NCBI GenBank assembly: GCA_963728465.1
Contig: CAVSJY010000007.1
Location: forward strand, 25,090-89,089
Reading direction: 5' to 3'
Length of the DNA stretch: 64,000 nucleotides
From: an uncultured Solirubrobacteraceae bacterium
GTDB lineage: Bacteria; Actinomycetota; Thermoleophilia; Solirubrobacterales; Solirubrobacteraceae
The stretch's first letter is position 1, and each line of letters opens with the position of its first letter. The notes beneath the pieces are model-generated. The model saw only the letters and a program-made list of their open reading frames with translations, had not been told where the DNA came from and did not search any database. Positions 47,601-56,450 of this stretch are shown here, piece by piece. The position numbers were made by a program, and so were the translations under genes.

Positions 47601-50307
47601 CCATGCCGCGGCCCGCCGGCGCTGCCGGACGGCGATGTTCGCGTTCCTCGCCGAGGGCGATCACGTCGGCTTCCAGCTCGCCTCCATCCACGCGGCGCTC
47701 GCCGCGATCGGCGCCGGGGCGTTGAACGAGGATCGTACCGCGGCCGCCGGCGCGGGCGGCTGGGGCGCCGGCGACGGCAGCTTCAGCCTCGCGCTCGGCC
47801 TCGGCCTGCTGTGCGGGCGGGCCGGCCGGCACTGGCGGCTCCGGCGCGGCGACGCCGAGCGGGCGCTTGCCTGTCACCGCCTCGCGGGATCGCTGTACGA
47901 AGCGCTCGGCGCGCGGCTGAACCTCGCCCAGAGCCTGGTCGACCAGTCGGACGTGCTGCGCTGGGTCGGCGACGCCGCCGGGGCGACCGTCGCCTACGAG
48001 CGCGCGGTCGCCGCGACGGCGGAGTCGTCCGGCGCCGTCGCGCGCAAGCGCGGGCTGCTGCTCGCGACCGAGGTCGCGCAGCTCCACCACGCGCGCCAGG
48101 ACGCCGACGGCATGGAGCGGGCCGCGGCGCAGCTGCGGGAGCGGCTCGAGGCGTTCGACCCCGGTTCGGAGCCCGACGGGCAGGCGATCGCGACGCTCGC
48201 GGCCGACCAGCTGTCCGGGCTCCCGGCGGCGATCCCGCTGGCGCGCGCCATGGCGCTCCGCGAGGCGGGCCGGATGGAGGAGGCGGCGCCGCACTTCGCC
48301 GAGGCGCTGGCGGCTACGCGCGAGTCCACCACCGAGCAGCGTCCGCTCCTCGAGGCGTCCGTGCTCGGCTCGCAGGAGCGCTATGCGGAGGCGCTCGAGG
48401 CGTATCGGCGCTACGCCGCGCTGCGCGACGGGGACGCCGGCACCGCCGCGACGCTGGCGCGCGTCCTCGGTCCGGCGCAGGTCGCACGCTTCCGGCGCCA
48501 GGCGCTCGAGCAGAACCTGGCGTTCTTCACGCGCGTGAAGGCGTGGGAAGGGGCGCGAGAGGCGGCGAACGAGCTCGAGGAGCTCGGCGGCGCCGAGTGG
48601 TGGCAGGACGACGAGCGCCCGTGGGCGATGCTCTCCGACCTCGGCGAGGTGGCCGAGGGGCTCGGCGAGCTGGAGCGCGCGCTCGACCGCTACGAGCAGG
48701 CGTTCGACGCGTACGAGGCGCGGCGCGGGCTGCTCGGCCGGCGAGGGGCTGCGGACGGCCCTCGGCGCGTCCAAGGACGTCCAGTGGCTCGGCGTCCTCT
48801 CGGCGCGCTGCGCGCTGCGGCTGGCCGATGCCGGCGATCCGACGGGGCTCCTGCGCGCGTTCGCGCTCGCCGAGCGTGGCAAGGCGCGCGTGCTGCTGGA
48901 CCTGATGGCGCGGAGCGCCGCGCGCAGCAGCGGGCGGCTCGGCGAGCCGCCCGCCCGCCGCCGCTGGCGCGAGCTCGGCGCGCGCGGCGGACGTCTCCGC
49001 CCAGCTGCTGAGCCGCCACCGCGCGACGGGCGCCGAGGAGGTCTCCGCCCTCGAGCAGCGGCTGCGCGCCGACCAGGCCGCCCTGCGCGACGCGGAGGAG
49101 GAGCTAGCGCGCTCGGACCCGGCGTGGCTCGGCGGCATGCGCGCGACCGGCGAGGTCGCCCCGCTGGAGGAGGTCGCGGCGGCCGTGCCCGCGGGCGCGG
49201 CGCTGCTCCAGTGGGTGTTCCTCGGTCACGACCTGCTGGCGTGGGCGATCACGCGCGACGGGATGGTCGCGCACGCCCGCCGCGAGCTCGACGCGCGCGC
49301 GCTGGGCCGCGCGATCCGCGAGCTGCGCACCGCCTGCGAGTCCCGCGCCGGCGACTGGGAGCGGCGCGCCGCCGAGCTCGCGGACCCGCTGCTCGCGCCG
49401 TTCGCCGGCGTGCTCGCCGACCACGAGCGCGCTGATCTTCGTGCCCTACGGCGTCGCCCACGAGCTGCCGCTGCACGTGCTGCCGTTCGAGGGCGTGCCG
49501 CTCGCGGCCACGCACACCGTCTCGACGCTCCCGAGCGCGAGCGTGCTGCCGCACCTGCGCGGCGGCGGCGCGCGACCGTGGCGGGTGCTCGCGGTCGGCA
49601 ACCCGGCACGGATGAGCCACCGGCCGCCGGGCGCCGCGCGCGCGGCGCCCGCGGCGCCGCTGCGCGGGGCGGAGCTGGAGGCCGAGCTGGCGGCCGCCGC
49701 GTTCCCCGGCGGCGTCGCGCTCACCGGTGAGGCGGCGACCGAGCCGGCGGTGCGCGAGCGGCTCGGAGAGTTCTCGATCCTGCACCTCGCCACCCACGGC
49801 ATCCTCGACCAGGAGGCGCCCGGCATGTCCGCCGTCCTGCTCGCCGACGGCGAGGCGCTCAGCGTCTACGAGCTCGCCGGCCTCGAGCTCGACGTCGACC
49901 TCGCGGTGCTGAGCGCGTGCCGTACGGGCCAGGGCGAAACGACGCGCGGCGACGACGTCGTCGGGCTCGCCCGCGGGCTGCTCGGCGCGGGCTGCCGCGC
50001 CGCGGTGGTCAGCCTGTGGCCCGTCGACGACGCCTCGACGACGCTGCTCATGGCGGCGTTCTATCGCGAGCTCCAGGGCGGCGCCGGGCCGGCGGACGCC
50101 CTGCGGGCGAGCGCGCTGCACGTGCGCGGGCTCAGCCGGGCTGACTCCGCGGCCGAGCTCGTGGAGCTGCGCCCGGGCGTGGCAGAGGGCGCGCGCGACA
50201 TCCTCGGCCTGCGGAGCGCGGACGCCGCCGCGGGCTATGACCACCCGTACCACTGGGCGCCGTTCGCGCTCGTCGGCACGGGCCTGACACGAAGGGACAC
50301 CCCATGA
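44700..50307 (+). CDS. caspase-like peptidase C14 + long TPR/helical-repeat array + C-terminal CHAT domain. Reads as one ~1870-aa protein if ~6 apparent frameshifts are bridged; alternatively two genes split near 46843
   Basis: C14 has His in VIYLACHA (45024..45026) and Cys in ADMCHSGA (45183..45185). The helical repeats run through the frames of ORFs 45787.., 44594.. and 46843..49011. CHAT is in ORF 49441..50307, with His in LHLATHG (49795..49797) and Cys in LSACRTG (49918..49920). At 46790 the text reads through (ATALADHG|LALLLWGFPSAARAHLLEAM). Confidence 0.7.
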
Positions 50308-52250
50308 GCGGACGCCGCCTGGCGCTGCTCGTCGGCATCGACGAGTACCCGAACCTTGCGCCCCGCGCAGCAGCTCCAGGGGCTGCGTCAACGACGCGGA
50401 GCTGATGGCCGGACGTGCTCACGAGCCGGTTCGGCTTCCACGAGGCGGACATCACGCTGCTGCGCAACGCCGAGGCGTCGCGCGACGGCGATCCTGGCCG
50501 CCTTCGACGAGCTCGTCGACGACGTCGACGCCGGACGACGTGGTGCGTCGTGCACTACAGCGGCCACGGCTCGCAGATGACCGACCGCGAGGGCGACGAG
50601 GCGGACGGGCTCGACGAGACGATCGTGCCCGTCGGACTCCGGTCGCGCGCACGGCGCCCGAACCGCGACATCACCGACGACGAGATCTACGACTGGCTGA
50701 CGCGGCTGACCGCCAAGACGCAGCTGGTCACGCTCGTCTTCGACTGCTGCCACTCGGGCACGGTCACGCGCGACGTCGTGCGCGGCGCGCACGTGCGGCG
50801 GATCGAGCCGGACCTGCGCCCGCCGGAGGAGCTGCCGCCGTCGCCGGTCGCCTCGCGCGCGGCGACGCGCGGCGCCGGGCCGAGCGGCTGGCTGCCGCCC
50901 GGGCGGCGCTACACGCTGATCGCCGGCTGCCGCGACGAGGAGCTCTCGCACGAGCACGACACGCCCGACGGCGCCGACGCACGGCGCGCTGACGTGGTTC
51001 CTCACGCGCGCGCTCAGCGACCGCGCGCGCCGGGCGCGACCTACCGCGACGTGTTCGAGCCGGCCGCGCTCGGCGTCACGACGGCTGTACCCGAGCCAGC
51101 ATCCGCAGATCGAGGGCGCGATCGACCGCGAGGTGTTCGGGGTCGCGGAGCGCGAGCCGGAGCGCGTTCGTGCCGGTCTGGACGCGCGCGCGGCGACGGC
51201 GTGACGCTCGGCGGCGGCGCCGCGCAGGGCGTGGCAGGTCGGGTCGCGCTGGGGCGTGTCGGCGACGGCGACGAGGCGCCGGTCGGCATCGCTGCGCGTC
51301 ACCGCGGCGCGGGCGACGACGGCGACGGCGAGGTCGTCGAGGAGATCGCGGCCGAGCGATCGCGGCGCCGGCGCGCGCGGCGTTCGCGGACGGGCGGCAC
51401 CCGGCGGCGCCGCGGCTGCGCGTCGCCGCTCGCCGGACGAGCTGGCCGAGCTGGCCGAGCTCGATCGACGCGCACGTCGCTCGAGCTGCGTCGAGCGCGG
51501 ACGACGGGCCGACGCGCGCGTGCTGGTCCTCGGGCCGCGCGACGCGGTCGGCGGCGGACGACCCGGTGCCGCAGCTCGGGCCGCTGACCGAGCCGACGGT
51601 CGCGGTCGTCGGCGCGCGACGGGCGCCTGCTGCTGCCCCGGCGCAGGCCGGCGAGCCGGCGCGCGCTCGCAGCAGGTGCGCGACGACCTCGAGACGTCGC
51701 GCGCTACCGGCGGCGTGCTCGCGCTCGAGAACCCGGGCGGGCCGCTCGCCGGCGCAGGTCGAGCTGACGCTGCTGCGCCGCGCCGCCGACGGCAGCGTGG
51801 GTCGGCGCGAGCCGGAGGCGGCGGGCGGCGAGGTCGTCTACGAGGCCGGCGAGCCGATCGGCATGCGGATCACAGAGCCTGCACGACGCGCTCGCTCTAC
51901 CCGGCGGTGCTCGACCTCGGGCTCGCCTACGCGCGTCGAGCATCGCCGCAGCCGTACGCGGGCAAGGAGGAGCTCGAGCCGCGGGCCGCGGTCGAGATCG
52001 GCACCCGGCCGGGCGAGGAGCTGCCGCTCGGCTTCCCGGACGCGTTCCCGTTCGGCGGCGACGCCGACGACGACCGACAGCGGCATCGAGACGGTCAAGC
52101 TGCTCGTCGACGACGCGAGCCGGCCGACTACACCGTCGCTGCTGCAGGCGGGCGTGACGCGCGACTTCGCGCGCCGGCGCCGCAAGCCGGCGGCGACTGG
52201 GGCGCGGTGACGCGCAGCTTCCGGCTGCGCAAGCCGACGACGGCGGTGCC
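50304..52250 (+). pseudogene. second caspase-like peptidase C14 protein with a beta-rich (DUF4384-like) C-terminal region; at least 8 apparent frameshifts, 3' boundary uncertain
   Basis: The ATG overlaps the preceding stop (ATGA 50304..50307). The pieces are LALLVGIDEYPN, GCVNDAELMA, VVHYSGHGS (His 50565..50567), DGLDETIVP, NRDITDDEIYDWL and VFDCCHSGT (Cys-Cys 50745..50750). Later pieces are VELTLLRRAADGS..GEVVYEAGEPIGMRIT and GGDWGAVTRSFRLRK. Confidence 0.7.
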
Positions 52251-53725
52251 GCTCGGCCGAGACCGGCGAGGCGGTGGCAGGCGGGCGGCGTCGAGCTGTC
52301 GACGCCGGGCCTGTCCGGGCGGCGCGACGGCGCTCGGCGAGCGGCGGCGGGCGGACGCGATCGCCGCTCGGCTGCGCCAGCCGCGCGCTCGAGGGCGTGC
52401 TGGCGCTCGGAGGGCCTCGACGTCGCAGGCGGCGGTCGAGCTCGACGGTCGCGGCGGCGCGGACGCGCGCGCGTCGGCGACGGGGCCGCCGGCGGCGATC
52501 GAGCTGCGCCCGCCGGCGCCCGCGGCCGGCGAGGGCCAGATGGTGCTCGCCGAGGACGAGGCGGGCGTGCTCACGCTGGCACTTCGCGGCCGCCGTCACG
52601 CGCAGCGCTCGACGACGGCGGCGCGCGCCGACGTACCGCATCGACCGCGCGCGTGCTCGTCGACGCGGTGGCCGAGCCGGGGACGCGCGGCCTCGTCGGC
52701 GCGATCGGCAAGAAGGTGCTCAAGGTGCTCGTCTTCCCGCTGATCGAGCCGGCGATCGGCGAGGTCGCGGACTACTTCGCGGGCAAGTGGGAGGCGAAGA
52801 AGCGGCCGTACCGGCTGCGCTGCTCGCACCCCGGACGACTTCGCGACGCCGGGCGGCGCGCGACGTCGAGGCGCGCCGACTGGGACACGCTGTCCGGGAA
52901 GCGGGCGCTGCTGCTCGTGCACGGCACGTTCAGCCGCTCGCACTCGGGCTTCGGCGCGCTGCCGCCGCGACGCGTTCGAGGAGCTCTACCGCCGGTACGA
53001 GGGCCGCGTGATCGCGCTCGACCACTTCACGCTCTCGCACACGCCGCGGCAGAACGTCGAGTGGCTGCGCGGGCCGCGTCCCGGACGGCGCGGACCTCGA
53101 CGTCGACATCGTCTGCCACTCGCGCGGCGGGCTCGTCTCGCGCACGCTGGCCGAGCACCAGAGCGAGCTCTCGCTCGGCGGCAAGCAGGTGACGGTGCAA
53201 CGCGTCGATCTTCGTCGCCACGCCGAACGCCGGCACCACGCTCGCCGACGCCGACCACATCGGCGACATGATCGACACGTACACGAACGTGTTCAACTTC
53301 TTCCCGGACAACGGCGTCACCGAGGTGCTCGAGGGCATCGTCACGGTCGCCAAGATGATCGCCGTCGGGCGCCGTGAAGGGGCTGGACGGCCTCACCTCG
53401 ATGGTGCCGGGCGGCGAGTTCCAGAGGCTGGCTGAACACGGGCGCCGGCGCCGCAGGGGACGACGCTACTTCGCGCTCGCGGCCGACTACGAGCCGACCG
53501 CGCCCGGGCTCGCCGGCTTCGCCAAGGACTGGCTGATGGACAAGGTGTTCGCGCACGCCAACGACCTCGTCGTCCCGACCGACGGCGTGTTCGCCAAGAA
53601 CGGCGCGAGCCTGTTCCCGATCGAGCAGCGCCACGTCTTCGCGAGCGGCGACGGCGTCGTCGCACACGACGTTCTTCGCCCACCCCAAGACCCGCGAGAA
53701 GCTTCTGGCATGGTTGGGCTCGTGA
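52250..53725 (+). pseudogene. alpha/beta hydrolase (lipase-like, HSRGG nucleophile elbow) with an N-terminal extension; at least 5 apparent frameshifts, 5' boundary uncertain (could be fused to the preceding caspase)
   Basis: The pieces are GQMVLAEDEAGVLT, GLVGAIGKKVLKVLVFPLIEPAIGEVADYFAGKWEAKKRPYRLR, ALLLVHGTFS, GRVIALDHFTLSHTPRQNVEWL and DVDIVCHSRGGLVSR (Ser codon 53120..53122). Later pieces are FVATPNAGT, YFALAADYEP and NDLVVPTDG. The stop is TGA 53723..53725. Confidence 0.65.
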
Positions 53726-54330
53726 GCCCGGAGTTCCTGCTGACCACGCTGATCGTCGTCGTCACGCCCGGGACCGGGGTGCTCTACACGGTGGCCGCGG
53801 GGCTGTCGCGCGGCGGGCGGGCGAGCGCGGTCGCGGCGCTCGGGTGCACGCTCGGGATCGTGCCGCACATGGCGGCCGCGATCACGGGGCTGGCCGCGCT
53901 GCTGCACGCCAGCGCGGTGGCGTTCCAGGCGATCAAGTACGCCGGCGTGGCGTACCTGCTCTACATGGCGTGGAGCACGCTGCGCGAGCGCGGCGCGCTG
54001 ACCGTGGAGGAGGAGACGACGCCGCGGTCGGCGCGCCAGGTGATCGTCTCCGGCGTCCTGGTGAACATCCTCAACCCGAAGCTCTCGATCTTCTTCTTCG
54101 CGTTCCTCCCCCAGTTCGTCAGCGACCGGCAGGCCGCGCTGCCGCAGATGCTCGCGCTCAGCGCCGTGTTCATGCTGGTCACGCTCGTCGTCTTCGTCGG
54201 CTACGGCCTGTTCGCGGCGGCGATCCGCAGCCACGTCATCTCGCGCCCGCGGGTCCTGACCTGGATGCGCCGGACCTTCGCCGGCGCCTTCGTCGCCCTC
54301 GGCGCCCGGCTCGCCCTGACTGACCGGTGA
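53710..54330 (+). CDS. LysE/RhtB-family amino-acid exporter
   Basis: This is the second half of ORF 53374..54330 (VSPEFLLTTLIVVVTPGTGVLYTVAAG..., NILNPKLSIFFFAFLPQF). A GTG at 53722 overlaps the hydrolase stop (GTGA), and an in-frame ATG lies at 53710. Confidence 0.82.
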   Translation: MVGLVSPEFLLTTLIVVVTPGTGVLYTVAAGLSRGGRASAVAALGCTLGIVPHMAAAITGLAALLHASAVAFQAIKYAGVAYLLYMAWSTLRERGALTVEEETTPRSARQVIVSGVLVNILNPKLSIFFFAFLPQFVSDRQAALPQMLALSAVFMLVTLVVFVGYGLFAAAIRSHVISRPRVLTWMRRTFAGAFVALGARLALTDR

Positions 54331-54710
54331 GCGAGCGCAAGCGCGTCGTCGAGCGCTACATCCAGGGCTTCCGGGACGTCGACCACGAGGCGATCCTGGG
54401 CTGCCTGACCGACGACGTCACCTGGTCGATGCCGCCGTACTTCGAGCTGAGCGGCAGGGAGGCGTTCGACGGCGCGATCGAGAACGACGCCTCGCCCGGG
54501 CCACCCGACATCCGGCTGACCAGGCTCGTCGAGGAGGGCGACGTCGTCATGGCCGAGGGCGAGGTGCGCGCCGCGCTCGCGGACGGCGGCCGGATCGACG
54601 CGCTGTTCTGCGAGGTCTTCCACTTCCGCGGCGACCGGATCTCCAGACTGGTCACCTACCAGGTCGACCGGCATCCGGGTGACCGGACGCGCCGCGCATT
54701 CGGCGCGTGA
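54327..54710 (+). CDS. SnoaL-like / NTF2-fold protein
   Basis: The 127-aa ORF begins RVVERYIQGFRDVDHEAILGCLTDDVTW. Its GTG overlaps the LysE stop. Confidence 0.7.
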   Translation: MSERKRVVERYIQGFRDVDHEAILGCLTDDVTWSMPPYFELSGREAFDGAIENDASPGPPDIRLTRLVEEGDVVMAEGEVRAALADGGRIDALFCEVFHFRGDRISRLVTYQVDRHPGDRTRRAFGA

Positions 54711-55041
54711 CCGTCGTCACAACGCGGCTCGCAACGCCGGACGACGTGCCTGCGATCGCGCGGCTGCATGCGGAGGGCTGGGAGTCGTTCCGGGCGTTCC
54801 TTCCCGAGGCGGTGTGGGGGCCGCGGACGGAGGAGCGGCGGCGGCGCGAGTGGCCGGCGGCCCTGCGCGAGCGCGAGGTGATCCTGGCCGAGGAGGACGG
54901 CCGCGCGCTCGGGTTCGTGAGCGTGTGGGTGGAGCGCGGCGCCGGTGAGCTGTCGACGTTCTTCGTGGCCGAGGAGGCGCGCGGGCCGCTGGGCGCGCGG
55001 AGGCGCTCGCGCGCGCGGCGCGAGCTGCCGCAGCGTCATAG
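54707..55041 (+). CDS. GNAT-family N-acetyltransferase, with a frameshifted and uncertain C-terminus
   Basis: TRLATPDDVPAIARLHAEGW...ILAEEDGRALGFVSVW...LSTFFVAEEARG. The acetyl-CoA loop (R/Q-x-x-G-x-G/A) region is out of frame. A possible TAG lies at 55039..55041. Confidence 0.6.
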
Positions 55042-55086
55042 CCCGATGCTATGGGGGCGGCGACAGGGCCGTCGCCGCCCTATGTC

Positions 55087-56382
55087 TCAGAACGTGGCCA
55101 GCGCCTTCTCGATGTCCGACTGCGCCTGCTTCATCGCGTCCTCCGCGGACTTCTGGCCGGCGAGGGCGGCGTTGACGTTCTTGTAGATCGCCTGCGAGAT
55201 CTGCGGATAGACGGGCGAGACGGGCCGCGAGCGGGCCTGCTCGATCGCCTGGCGCAACTCGGCGTGGAACGGGATCGCCTTCTGGACCTCGGGTCGGTCC
55301 CAGGTCGCCTTCAGCGGCGACGCCTGCGAGAACTCGGCGGTCAGCGTCGCCTGCCAGTCCTCCGTGGCGAGGAAGTCGACGACCGCCAGCGCGCCGCCCG
55401 GGTTGTCCGAGTAGACGGAGATGACGCTGTTGCCGCCGCCGAGGATCGCCGCCTTGCCCTTGCCCTCGTACTCGGGCAGCGGGACGACGTCGAACTTGCC
55501 CTTGAGCTTGTCCGTGTCCTGGCTGAGCCCGTAGGCGTACGGCCAGTTGCGCATGTAGCCGGGCTTGCCGGTCTGCCACGCGGCGAGCGACTCCGGCTCC
55601 ATGTAGGTCGTCACCGCCCGCGGGGCCGCGCGATCCTTGATCGCGTCGATCATCAGCTGCGTCGCCTCGACGTTCTCCGGCGAGTCGATCACGGCCTTCT
55701 TGCCGTCCTCGGAGAGCACCTCGCCGCCGGCCGCGAACGCCAGCTCGAGCCAGTCGCAGGTCAGCCCCTCGTACGGGGCGGCCTGGAAGACGATGCCGCC
55801 CGCGTCGGCCGCGCTCTGGTACAGGTCCTGCCAGGTGGTCGGCGGCGAGTCGACCCTGTCGTTGCGGTAGTAGAGCAGCGCCGCGTTCGTGTAGGACGGG
55901 ACGCCCCAGATCTTGCCGTCGTAGGTCGCCGTCTCCAGCGAGGAGTCGAAGAAGCGGTCCTTGTTCTGGTCCATGTACGGCGTCAGGTCGTACAGCCAGC
56001 CCTGCGAGGCGAACTCGGCCGTCCAGATCACGTCGGCGCGGAAGACGTCGCAGTCGCCGGCCTTGGCCTCCTGGCGCTGGACGAACTGCGTGCGCTGCTC
56101 GTCCGCCGACGCCGGGAACTCGAAGATCTTCACCGACAGGCCCTGCGACTCGTACTTCGCGTTGAACTGCTTCGACCACTCCTTGGTCTCGCCGGTCGTG
56201 TCCTTGCCGGTGCAGTAGGTGACCTCGCCCTTGGCGCCCTCCATGGAGCCGACGTCGATCGCCTTGGCGCCCTTGGTCGCTCCGGTCTCGCCGGTTCCGG
56301 CGGTCTCGCCGCCTTCGTCGTCGCCGCCGCAGCCCGCCAGCAACGCAAGCGTGAACATCGAGATGATCGCGAGTCGTCGCAC
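55087..56382 (-). CDS. ABC sugar transporter substrate-binding lipoprotein (family 1 SBP)
   Basis: The intact 431-aa ORF has the lipobox LLAGCGG. It shows typical family-1 extracellular solute-binding features. No permease genes are adjacent. Confidence 0.85.
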   Translation of the reverse strand: MRRLAIISMFTLALLAGCGGDDEGGETAGTGETGATKGAKAIDVGSMEGAKGEVTYCTGKDTTGETKEWSKQFNAKYESQGLSVKIFEFPASADEQRTQFVQRQEAKAGDCDVFRADVIWTAEFASQGWLYDLTPYMDQNKDRFFDSSLETATYDGKIWGVPSYTNAALLYYRNDRVDSPPTTWQDLYQSAADAGGIVFQAAPYEGLTCDWLELAFAAGGEVLSEDGKKAVIDSPENVEATQLMIDAIKDRAAPRAVTTYMEPESLAAWQTGKPGYMRNWPYAYGLSQDTDKLKGKFDVVPLPEYEGKGKAAILGGGNSVISVYSDNPGGALAVVDFLATEDWQATLTAEFSQASPLKATWDRPEVQKAIPFHAELRQAIEQARSRPVSPVYPQISQAIYKNVNAALAGQKSAEDAMKQAQSDIEKALATF

Positions 56383-56450
56383 CCCTGCTCCTCCCTGGAT
56401 CTACGTCGCGGGGATTCCTACCCCCGCCCCCCTCATAGCATCCACATCCG

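Noticed and set aside
36529-53725. Calling the conflict island a mobile genomic island.
   Set aside because: It has no flanking tRNA, integrase, direct repeats or transposase. By eye its composition and codon style do not differ from the surroundings. I report it as a functional island only.
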